Source: Methanocella sp.
Lineage (GTDB): Archaea; Thermoproteota; Bathyarchaeia; Bathyarchaeales; Bathycorpusculaceae
Assembly: GCA_050261115.1 (NCBI GenBank)
Contig: JBLNCY010000043.1
Coordinates: forward strand, 1-42,433
Length of the DNA: 42,433 nt
Direction: 5' to 3'
Positions within the stretch are counted from its first letter, which is position 1. Each line of letters starts with the position of its first letter. This document shows positions 8,849 to 16,657 of the stretch, piece by piece. The notes beneath the pieces are model-generated. The model was not told where the DNA came from and made no database searches. It saw only the letters and a program-made list of their open reading frames with translations. Made by a program: the position numbers and the translations under genes.

Positions 8849-9249
8849 TTACAGTCCAATCTCATAAAGCTCTATTCATTTTTTATACTTAAGAATCGCA
8901 GCATCATTCGAAGCTTTGCTTTAACATATAAGAGGCTCACAAGGCAAGGGTGTGGCAGTTTTTACAACGAGTACTTACTACCAAACAATATACAAAACAT
9001 AATTTTTGAACAAGTATGATTCATAGCTTAAAGCGCATCTTAATACCCTCTTTTGCTTCTCGCAATTTCCGGGAATTTAGCTCTTCTTCATTTTTCAATC
9101 AATCTTAGAAGCATTTATGCTTTGCGAAGTTTTATGCAATTTGCCACAGACCCTTTAGTCCCGTAATATACGGTGGCGACATTAAAAGTTGAGGTCTTAG
9201 TTGGTAAAAAAAAAGTGAGTCGGGGTTAAAGTGTTTAAGCAGAGTCTCG

Positions 9250-9675
9250 TCAGCCACTCACATGGACAGCATCTACGCGCAGATTAGCGCTCCATCCTTG
9301 GTCATCATTAACGCAAACACCGATGTATCTAAAGTTATTATACGAACCGCAGCTGATATCATATGGATTGCTATTAGTGATATATCCATTGAATGTTGTG
9401 TACCAGTTAGAGTAATCATTGGATACGTAAACAATTAGGTGACTTGAATATCCCGAGACTGTATGTGCCCAAAGATGAATTTCACCGCTTGCTTGTCTAT
9501 TGAGTTCACCTGTTATCCATGCGAAATCACCGTAGTTTCCAGCATATATTCGTGCAAACTGGCCGTCATTTTGTCCGCCTTGCATGTTATAAGGATCAAA
9601 GACACCAGATGCCATACTATAGCCTGAAGCCCAATCAACTATGTTTGAAAGGTATGCTTCATTTCCGATGTACAT
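9250..9675 (-). CDS. Jelly-roll/carbohydrate-binding-like domain, probably the 3' remnant of a larger secreted-protein gene
   Basis: VYVSNDYSNW and FRYIGV discoidin-like motifs; no signal peptide; head-to-head with the integrase with no intergenic space. Confidence 0.55.
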   Translation of the reverse strand: MYIGNEAYLSNIVDWASGYSMASGVFDPYNMQGGQNDGQFARIYAGNYGDFAWITGELNRQASGEIHLWAHTVSGYSSHLIVYVSNDYSNWYTTFNGYITNSNPYDISCGSYNNFRYIGVCVNDDQGWSANLRVDAVHVSG

Positions 9676-10568
9676 TGTTCCTCAAACATAAAATCGAAGC
9701 ATACGGCAACTGGCTAAGAAACAACGGAAAAAGCCAAGCAACAATCCGCGGCAGAGTCAAACTGCTAAAAAGACTCACAAGACGAGGCGCAAACCTCTAC
9801 GACCCAGAATCAATGAAACAAACAATCGCAGACCAACCATGGGGCAACGGACAAAAAAACAACGCAGTAGACGCCTACTCCTCTTTCCTTAAAATGGTAG
9901 GCGGCATTTGGGAACCACCGCTGTATAAAATCGTTCGCAAGATACCTTTCATACCTAAAGAAGTTGAAATTGACCAACTCATAGCAGCCTGCAGCCCACG
10001 CATGGCCACTTTTCTGCAGTTGCTCAAAGAGACAGGCGCTAGATGCGGTGAAATCTGGCAGCTCACTTGGAGCGACATAGACTTCGAAAGTAAAGTCGTA
10101 AACATCACTCCTGAAAAGAACAGCAACCCACGAGTAGCCCATCTTAGCAATAAACTCTTAGATATGCTACAGAGCCTGCCCAAAAGATACGGCGACAGAG
10201 TATTCTCACTTGTAACCATGCTGATCGATAACTTTGCAGTAAACTTTCAGCGCCAACGCAGGCGAGCAGCTCACAAACTCAAGAACCCAAGACTGCTAAA
10301 AATCCACTTCCACACCTTCCGCTACTGGAAAGGCACCATGCTCTACCACCAAACCAAAGACATGTACTACGTCATGCAACGACTCGGCCACAAAAACATC
10401 AAAAACACGCTCCTATACGTCCAACTCGAAGAAGCCCTCTTCCAAGGCGAAGACGAATACATCTCAAAAGTTGCCAAAACAGAAAAAGACATCTGCGCTC
10501 TCGTAGAAGCAGGCTTTGAATTCGTCACTGACTTCCAAGAAGCAAAAATTTTCAGAAAAAGGAAGTAA
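9654..10568 (+). CDS. Tyrosine recombinase/integrase (start uncertain, possibly N-terminally truncated)
   Basis: TGARCGE (R), PEKNSNPR (K), HTFR (HxxR), LGHKNIKNTLLY (H, Y); convincing sequence starts near 9684; the ORF extension to 9519 overlaps the opposite-strand gene. Confidence 0.9.
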   Translation: MLHFRCTLFLKHKIEAYGNWLRNNGKSQATIRGRVKLLKRLTRRGANLYDPESMKQTIADQPWGNGQKNNAVDAYSSFLKMVGGIWEPPLYKIVRKIPFIPKEVEIDQLIAACSPRMATFLQLLKETGARCGEIWQLTWSDIDFESKVVNITPEKNSNPRVAHLSNKLLDMLQSLPKRYGDRVFSLVTMLIDNFAVNFQRQRRRAAHKLKNPRLLKIHFHTFRYWKGTMLYHQTKDMYYVMQRLGHKNIKNTLLYVQLEEALFQGEDEYISKVAKTEKDICALVEAGFEFVTDFQEAKIFRKRK

Positions 10569-10572
10569 CAGC

Positions 10573-10734
10573 ATGCCTCAAAACAAACAGCTAAACCGAC
10601 AAAGCGCTCTCGAAGAATACCAGAAAACCCATGATATTCTACGTCTGCAAAAAGCCTTAGGGCATAAAAGCGTCAGAACAACTTTGGCTTATCTTATGCG
10701 CTCGAAGTTGTTAACAGAACAATTGGAGAAATAA
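10573..10734 (+). CDS. 53-aa mini-protein resembling the catalytic C-terminal tail of a tyrosine recombinase
   Basis: ATG 4 nt after the integrase stop; YQKTHDILRLQKALGHKSVRTTLAYL aligns with integrase YHQTKDMYYVMQRLGHKNIKNTLLYV. Confidence 0.65.
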   Translation: MPQNKQLNRQSALEEYQKTHDILRLQKALGHKSVRTTLAYLMRSKLLTEQLEK

Positions 10735-10804
10735 AGTATGATTGAAAACCGCCAAAAAATCAAGAAACATTGCCAGTTAGGACCCCCGTACTTTTCATTT
10801 ATAT

Positions 10805-10892
10805 TGGTGCAGGGGGTGGGATTCGAACCCACGAACGCCTACGCGATAGGGTCCTAAGCCCTACTCCGTTGACCTGGCTTGGAGACCCCTGC
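10805..10892 (-). tRNA. tRNA-Leu(TAG)
   Basis: GCAGGGG...CCCCTGC-ACCA acceptor stem, anticodon arm TAGGG-CTTAGGA-CCCTA, long variable arm, GTTCGAATC. Confidence 0.97.
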
Positions 10893-11057
10893 ACACACTG
10901 TGTGCTATGGAGATAGTGTGCCTCCTTTAAAATCTATTTGCTCCCCAAACCCCCACTGGTAAATGGAAAAGGGGGGTTTTTCCGTTTTTGAGTGCTCTGC
11001 GGAACCGCAAGCTCTTTATTTAGTATCGTATTTGATTGTGGAGAAGAGGAGAAAATT

Positions 11058-11134
11058 GCCTTCGTAGCCTAGCCCGGTGGGGCGTTACCTTGGTAAGGTA
11101 ATGGTCGCGGGTCCAAATCCCGCCGAAGGCTCCA
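11058..11134 (+). tRNA. tRNA-Thr(GGT)
   Basis: GCCTTCG...CGAAGGC-TCCA acceptor stem, anticodon arm TTACC-TTGGTAA-GGTAA, T arm GCGGG-TCCAAAT-CCCGC. Confidence 0.95.
11088..11134 (+). repeat. attL (3' half of tRNA-Thr)
   Basis: CCTTGGTAAGGTAATGGTCGCGGGTCCAAATCCCGCCGAAGGCTCCA. Confidence 0.95.
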
Positions 11135-12096
11135 ATCCCATTAACAGTGAATCGCCAATGCAGATACAACAAGAAAGGTATTGTCGCAACTGTGGCGGTG
11201 AACTGGCATTTAGCGACCCAGCGCCTTTTTGTGTGACCTGTAGCCAGCCAGAAGTGCAGGCTGAACTTGCAGGACTGCCATTGGCACCCAAAGAGAACTT
11301 GGAAGAGTTTAACCAGTGGCTCACAAGCAAATATCAGCCAAGCTACGCTAAACAGATGCGTCTCGCCGTTAAGAAGTATGGTCACTTGTTGCACGGCAAC
11401 TTAGCTGTACTTGAAAGGCTAAAACGTGAACAACGTAACGGTGCAATCAAAGCCCTAAGCCTATTAGCCAAATACAAGGGCGAGAGCAAACAGTTCAAGC
11501 AACGGCTAAGCGACTATGACCTTAAACTGCAAGCTCCCGACAGCTTAGCAGCCTTCAGACGTATAGTCGCCAGCAACAACCGAAACGCCTTAGCTTGGGT
11601 TTCAAAGGTTAAACCGTTTTTGAACATGGACGAACAGGTGTTTGCTGACTTCATGTTAGTCAGCGGATTACGTGCCAGAGAAGGCGTTCTTGCCTTCAAC
11701 AAGGTTATCGCTTTAAGCCAACAGGGCAAACTTGGCGAATACTACAACGAAGAACTGCGTTGCCTGATGCACTTTCAATATCCTGAATTTATCAGACACA
11801 CTAAGAATTGCTATATAACGTTCCTGAAGCCTGAAACGGTAGCCAAGATAGCAGATTGTCGCCCAGTACACTATAACAACATTCGTAAGAAGTTGGCGAG
11901 GCATGGGTTACCCTGTCACTTTAAGGACTTGCGTTCATGGCTTGCTACGTATTTACTTGGCAAGGGGTTGCTTAGAGAAGAAGTTGATTTGCTTCAGGGC
12001 AGAATTGGTAAAAGCGTCTTTATGAGGCACTACTATACGCCAGTTCTAAGGCAACTTGGCGATAAAACATTGCAGGCGCTTAAAGGACTGCTTTAG
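11101..12096 (+). CDS. SSV1-like tyrosine integrase (int-C portion)
   Basis: Frame open from 11077 inside the tRNA, ATG at 11101 inside att; CxxC...CxxC; SGLRARE, TKNCYI, KDLR, LLQGR, RHYY. Confidence 0.9.
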   Translation: MVAGPNPAEGSNPINSESPMQIQQERYCRNCGGELAFSDPAPFCVTCSQPEVQAELAGLPLAPKENLEEFNQWLTSKYQPSYAKQMRLAVKKYGHLLHGNLAVLERLKREQRNGAIKALSLLAKYKGESKQFKQRLSDYDLKLQAPDSLAAFRRIVASNNRNALAWVSKVKPFLNMDEQVFADFMLVSGLRAREGVLAFNKVIALSQQGKLGEYYNEELRCLMHFQYPEFIRHTKNCYITFLKPETVAKIADCRPVHYNNIRKKLARHGLPCHFKDLRSWLATYLLGKGLLREEVDLLQGRIGKSVFMRHYYTPVLRQLGDKTLQALKGLL

Positions 12097-12179
12097 CAAA
12101 CTATCGTAGTCAGTCACGCCTGATATGAGAATTGACTCAAATTCAACAACGCCATTGCTTGCTGGGAGGAGAAGAACAC

Positions 12180-12350
12180 ATGACCAGTAAGCAAGAAACA
12201 TTCTGCATCTATCTTTCGCAGCGAGATTTGGCGTTAATGTTAGCGGTACTCTTAGGGACTCAGCCTGACGCTTGGCTCAGTGATGGCAGTCGCATACGCC
12301 TCTTCGGCGATACCGTAGAGATAGAAACAACTCAAGAAATAGAACTTTAG
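12180..12350 (+). CDS. Small hypothetical protein (56 aa)
   Basis: GGAGGA SD ~10 nt upstream of ATG 12180. Confidence 0.55.
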   Translation: MTSKQETFCIYLSQRDLALMLAVLLGTQPDAWLSDGSRIRLFGDTVEIETTQEIEL

Positions 12351-12367
12351 AAAGCGCAAGTAATGTC

Positions 12368-12430
12368 AGTCAAGAAACTTTGACTAAATCTGCTAACCAG
12401 ACGTTTTAGCTTAGTCAAAGAAATTTGACG
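12368..12430. promoter_or_regulatory. Nested palindromic site: two GTCAA-N6-TTGAC boxes within a long inverted repeat
   Basis: AGTCAAgaaactTTGACT and AGTCAAagaaatTTGACG; CTTTGACTAA/TTAGTCAAAG perfect 10-bp IR; inner GCTAA/TTAGC. Confidence 0.6.
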
Positions 12431-12467
12431 AATAGCCTTTTATTGCTTTAGTTGCGTTGATTCAATC

Positions 12468-13505
12468 ATGGATACCAAAAGTTTCGGTTTAATCCTCATT
12501 GGAATAATTGCTATTTCATGTATGAGCATGAGCATATTGACAGTAGAGTCTGTATCCGCTCAGGCAATACCAAGACCATCAGTGCCAGAATTCACCGCAA
12601 AATTCACAGCTTCTTCACTGGAAGTTACTATTAAGAATCAGCCACTAACAGGGCTTGGCGACATTAATGTTAGCAATCCACAGCTCTACTATGGATTCCG
12701 ATTTAAAGACCCTAACAGTACGCTTGGTGGCTGGGAATATGCTCCAATATACTTTGTAGGTCTATCATCTTACGGCACCTATTATGAAGCATCTGCTTCA
12801 GACTACACCATTATTTCATTTCCATTAGATGACTATCCGTTTGATGGCGCAAATCACCGAACAGGCATATCTAAGGGTGGTCCGATTGATATGCAAGTTA
12901 TTGCGCTTATTGGAATAGAAGTTCCAACCGACCATCAAGGTGGAAAAGTCTATCGATTTGATGGAGTAACAAGTGATTGGAGTAACACACGAACAATAAC
13001 TATACCATCCGAGAATCCTCTTATAGCTCCTGCCATGACATTAATAACTCCTATGCCTGTAACCTACCAAAACTCATCTGTGCCCTTATTCTTTGGGGCA
13101 AAAGTCTTAACGGATAGCCCAGAGATTATCTCCCTCAGCTATAGTTTGGATGGAAACGATAACACCACAATTACCGAAATAGGGAAAACAGGCATGCAGC
13201 ACTTTGAGACACAAACAGGCTTTCAAACAGGCTATACATACCACATCAATGACACTTTAACGTTAGATAATTTGACAGACGGCAATCACACGTTATTGGT
13301 TTATTCACAAGATGCCATTGGTACTGAAATGTCAGGGTCGGTACAATTCACTGTTGATACCGCTAATGAATCTTCAACAGAGCCTGTTCCTTATTATTCT
13401 TGGCTTTTGGCTGCCTTAATAATCGGTTTAGTCTTACTTGTTAGTATTTTTGTCTTGCTTCTTAGAAGGCATCGAAAAAGCAACGAAAAAGTAAGGTTGG
13501 TTTAA
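12468..13505 (+). CDS. Secreted Ig-like-domain surface protein with C-terminal TM anchor (cargo)
   Basis: Signal peptide, PRPSVPEFT, YSLDGNDN...LTDGNHTLLVYSQD Ig-like motif, TM plus RRHRK. Confidence 0.85.
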   Translation: MDTKSFGLILIGIIAISCMSMSILTVESVSAQAIPRPSVPEFTAKFTASSLEVTIKNQPLTGLGDINVSNPQLYYGFRFKDPNSTLGGWEYAPIYFVGLSSYGTYYEASASDYTIISFPLDDYPFDGANHRTGISKGGPIDMQVIALIGIEVPTDHQGGKVYRFDGVTSDWSNTRTITIPSENPLIAPAMTLITPMPVTYQNSSVPLFFGAKVLTDSPEIISLSYSLDGNDNTTITEIGKTGMQHFETQTGFQTGYTYHINDTLTLDNLTDGNHTLLVYSQDAIGTEMSGSVQFTVDTANESSTEPVPYYSWLLAALIIGLVLLVSIFVLLLRRHRKSNEKVRLV

Positions 13506-13508
13506 ACC

Positions 13509-13537
13509 GAGGCGCTTGCTCCACCTACAAGCACCTC
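13509..13537 (+). terminator. Hairpin after the cargo gene
   Basis: GAGGCGCTTG-N9-CAAGCACCTC (9/10 paired), then a pyrimidine run. Confidence 0.4.
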
Positions 13538-13670
13538 TCTCTTAGCTCGGCAAGTGATACGCCAAAGCAGATAGCGTTGGTGGAACCAAGCTAAGACACT
13601 GCGCAATGTTAGCAATCGATTAGCAACTTGTCATAGCATTGTAAGCAGAAATAGCGTTTTTGCGCTTTGC

Positions 13671-13717
13671 CCTTGGTAAGGTAATGGTCGCGGGTCCAAA
13701 TCCCGCCGAAGGCTCCA
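13671..13717 (+). repeat. attR (duplicate of tRNA-Thr 3' half)
   Basis: 47/47 identical to 11088-11134. Confidence 0.95.
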
Positions 13718-13944
13718 TACTTATTCCTTATTAGAGCATTCAAGGAATCGGCGGTTATGTCGGCTGAACTTGTGAAGTCTCTTAACTGGCAAGCAATCGA
13801 ATCTGAAAATCTTTCTCATATAAACCCGGTAACTGGTCAGGTTTTTCTGATGGCGACAAATACTTTACCCCTAAAAATTTTTAAGGACACCTGCGTTGAC
13901 AAAGTGCATATATGCAAATGCGCATACATTATTAGTGTAAGAAG

Positions 13945-14168
13945 ATGACAAAGGTTATTTCAATCTCCGAAAAAGCATACGAGGCACTAAAAAACTTAAG
14001 AACCCCGGAGAATCATTTTCAGACGTACTTCTAGGAATGTCACAAGAACAGAAAAAATCCCTACTTGAATCTGCTGGCACTTGGAAAGGCGATGACATCG
14101 ACGAAAGCTTTGCTGTCGTATTAAAAGAAAGAGAGCAAGCGAAATCACGAGAGATTATATTCAAATGA
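13945..14168 (+). pseudogene. vapB: Frameshifted VapB-type antitoxin
   Basis: MTKVISISEKAYEALK then 1-nt loss near an A6 run; continues PGESFSDVLL...LLESAGTWKG in the shifted frame. Confidence 0.75.
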
Positions 14169-14324
14169 CTATCTTAGACGCAAGCGTTATCGTTTCTCTT
14201 CTGAAAGGAACGTCTGCAGGAAATAGATGAGTGTATTTCCGTTACGCTTATAGCCGCTTGCGAATTGCTAAATGGCGCTAATCTGTCTTCTAGAAAGCAG
14301 GCGAACCGGTCTCAAGTTACGTAA
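14165..14324 (+). pseudogene. vapC: Degraded VapC (PIN) toxin
   Basis: ATGA overlap with the antitoxin; MTILDASVIVSLLKG then stop; remnant ISVTLIAACELLNGA; C-terminal half missing. Confidence 0.7.
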
Positions 14325-14429
14325 ATGGCTGCTCTGATTCTGCAAACACAAACCAGCTTTTCGTAACAAACTCTTTTTAGCCCCAAAACCCCATAAGCCC
14401 ATACTACAAAAGAGGGCTGTTGGAATGCA

Positions 14430-15290
14430 ATGCGAAAGCTAAAGACACAGACGCTGACAAGAATAAACGTCGGCATAAACTCCCGCATGATAAAAGAACT
14501 CTACGGCGGCCCAATCTCTGCTTGCGCAGTCGACTTGATCGAAGTCAGCATCGCCAACTCAGGCGTACTAAAACAGGACGGCATCGACAAGCAGCGCCTC
14601 GAGCAATTCGCAACGCTCAGCAACGCCTTCTCCGTACACGGCCCCTTCATACAGGACTACTACGGCAACGCAGTAAACTGGTGCATAAAAAACGAACACA
14701 ACTTCGAAATTATGGACCAGGTTTTCCAAATCGCCGACTACCTCGGCGCAGAATGCGTTGTGTTGCACGGCGAACAAGTCGTAAACGACCACCAAGAAAG
14801 CTTCCACAACGTGGTGGACAATTTCAAGCGGCTATCAACTATGGCGGCTGATTACTCACTCACTATCCTGCTGGAAAATGTGCATCGCCAAAAAACCGTG
14901 GACCGAGTCGGTGTACTGCCTCAAGAGGTTTTAGCGGTTATTCAGGCGGTTAACGCTGAGAACCTTAAATTCTGCTTTGACATCGGCCACGGCAACCTAA
15001 CCGCCAGTGAACATGGCTTTGATATCCTGGAGTTCGTCAGAGTACTCGCACCCTACCTCTATCACATGCATATCCACGACAATATGGGTATCCCCGAATC
15101 AGTAGATGAACGCTTTGGAGACCAGCATATGCCACTTGGGTTTGGCAAAATAGAGTATCAGCGAATTTTCCAGGCTGTGGCTGGTTTAGGCGTTAAGAAC
15201 ATGGTGCTGGAGCTGCGCAAAAGAGACGGCAGAGCCGCGGCTGAGAAAAGCATCTCGATACTTCGAGCACTCCAAAACAGCAGAGCCTAA
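14430..15290 (+). CDS. Sugar-phosphate isomerase/epimerase (AP endonuclease 2 TIM-barrel family)
   Basis: SVHGPF, VVLHG, LLEN, CFDIGHG, HMHIHDNMG, DQHMPLGFG, MVLE. Confidence 0.85.
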   Translation: MRKLKTQTLTRINVGINSRMIKELYGGPISACAVDLIEVSIANSGVLKQDGIDKQRLEQFATLSNAFSVHGPFIQDYYGNAVNWCIKNEHNFEIMDQVFQIADYLGAECVVLHGEQVVNDHQESFHNVVDNFKRLSTMAADYSLTILLENVHRQKTVDRVGVLPQEVLAVIQAVNAENLKFCFDIGHGNLTASEHGFDILEFVRVLAPYLYHMHIHDNMGIPESVDERFGDQHMPLGFGKIEYQRIFQAVAGLGVKNMVLELRKRDGRAAAEKSISILRALQNSRA

Positions 15291-15376
15291 CAACTACTGA
15301 TTTGGTTTTCTAGCGATGGTGCGTTTTTAGAAAAAGCTTCTTATGGCATCTCAACGTGTATCTCCTCTGAGCGTAC

Positions 15377-16657
15377 ATGGTTAGCTTCTCGCTTGATAAA
15401 CGTGAAGTCCTTACACTAGCTATCCTGTTACTGGCGGCCTTCGCCGTTAGGCTTCTGCTGTTTCCCCTGCAGGGCTACGCGAACGATATGGGTACCTTCT
15501 CGTATTGGTTTAACACCGCTGCCAGCCAAGGCATAAGGCCATTCTACACCTACGTTTTGGAGAACGTGGGCTGGGTTGATTATCCACCCTTTAACGTTTA
15601 CATATTCTATGCTTTCGGCTCCTTGGGTAGAGTCTTCTCAAGTGTAGACATGTCTTTCTTTGTAAAGTTAGCGCCAACCCTATTTGATGTAGCTACCTCT
15701 GGCGTTATCTACCTGTTTTTGCGCAAATACCTAAGCCAAAAACAGACCCTCATAGCAACAGCGCTATACGCGTTTAACCCCGCCATAATCTATAATGTGG
15801 CTGTTTGGGGCCAATTCGACGCCATCTACACCTTCTTCCTGCTTATCTCGATGCTGTTAGCGCTCAAGCGTAAACCTGAAATGTCCGCGGTTGTCTTCGG
15901 CATCGCATTACTCACAAAACCCCAAGGCATAGCTCTACTACCGCTCATCGCGGTGTTGATATTCAAGAAAGACGGAATAAAGCGGCTACTTACTTCGACA
16001 GCAGCGTTTGTTGCGACGATATTTATTGTGATTTTGCCGTTTGAATGGAGCAACCCCGTCACTTTCCTAAGCGACATCTACTTTGGAGCATACGGCGGAT
16101 ATGAATTCACTTCAATAAACGCCTTTAACATCTGGGCACTGTACGGGTTATGGATAGAAGATGGCGCCCTAAACATCGTGGGCTGGGGGCTCTTTGCCGC
16201 GTTTGCAGGATTTGCGATGTTTGTTCTACACCGGCGGTATCATGTTTCAGGAGATAATCTGGCTATTTATGCTGGGTTTATGCTGCTGTTTGCATTCTTT
16301 ATGTTGCCTACGCGGATTCATGAACGGTACCTCTTTCCGGTGATTGTTATGCTGGTTCTGCTGGTACCGTTTGTTAAGAAAGCACGGCTCCTCTATGTTG
16401 CTTTAACTGGTACGTTGCTGGTTAATCAGGCGTATGTGCTGTATTGGCTCAACGAGTATATCCGTCGGGGCTTGAATTACTCGCCTAACCTTACAGGTGA
16501 CCCCGTGGTTTTGGCGGTCAGTGCAACTAATTTAATATTGTTCCTTTATGCTTCTGCTTTACTGTGGGCTGAAATTAAAGGTCGCCCAATCCAAGCCGAA
16601 GCCCCTAAACAGGCTGAGAAATCAACCCAACAATCCGAGGAACCCTCGAGTGTTTGA
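15377..16657 (+). CDS. GT-C fold multi-pass glycosyltransferase (mannosyltransferase-like)
   Basis: DYPPF, FNPAII...WGQFDAI, KPQG, PTRIHERYLFP; many TMs. Confidence 0.85.
   Translation: MVSFSLDKREVLTLAILLLAAFAVRLLLFPLQGYANDMGTFSYWFNTAASQGIRPFYTYVLENVGWVDYPPFNVYIFYAFGSLGRVFSSVDMSFFVKLAPTLFDVATSGVIYLFLRKYLSQKQTLIATALYAFNPAIIYNVAVWGQFDAIYTFFLLISMLLALKRKPEMSAVVFGIALLTKPQGIALLPLIAVLIFKKDGIKRLLTSTAAFVATIFIVILPFEWSNPVTFLSDIYFGAYGGYEFTSINAFNIWALYGLWIEDGALNIVGWGLFAAFAGFAMFVLHRRYHVSGDNLAIYAGFMLLFAFFMLPTRIHERYLFPVIVMLVLLVPFVKKARLLYVALTGTLLVNQAYVLYWLNEYIRRGLNYSPNLTGDPVVLAVSATNLILFLYASALLWAEIKGRPIQAEAPKQAEKSTQQSEEPSSV

Larger units (their letters stand above)
1..10804. mobile_element. Right part of a (probably defective) head-tail provirus/integrative element inserted at the 3' end of tRNA-Leu; left end outside window
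   Basis: Terminase large subunit, holin-like gene, AT-rich cargo, and a tyrosine integrase ending ~240 bp from the tRNA-Leu 3' end; second att copy not in window. Confidence 0.75.
11088..13717. mobile_element. Complete 2.63-kb integrative element in tRNA-Thr (SSV1-type, att site inside the integrase reading frame)
   Basis: Perfect 47-bp direct repeats at both ends; integrase ORF reads out of the tRNA 3' half. Confidence 0.92.

Noticed and set aside
9519-9653. N-terminal 45 aa of the 349-aa integrase ORF
   Set aside because: This is the antisense of the 9250-9675 gene and does not look like integrase sequence.
13671-13717. A second tRNA-Thr gene
   Set aside because: Only the 3' 47 nt are present; there is no 5' acceptor strand or D arm, so it is attR.
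13955-14164. 69-aa minus-strand ORF, and 13757-13948
   Set aside because: The first is the antisense shadow of the frameshifted vapB; the second has no SD or recognisable motif.
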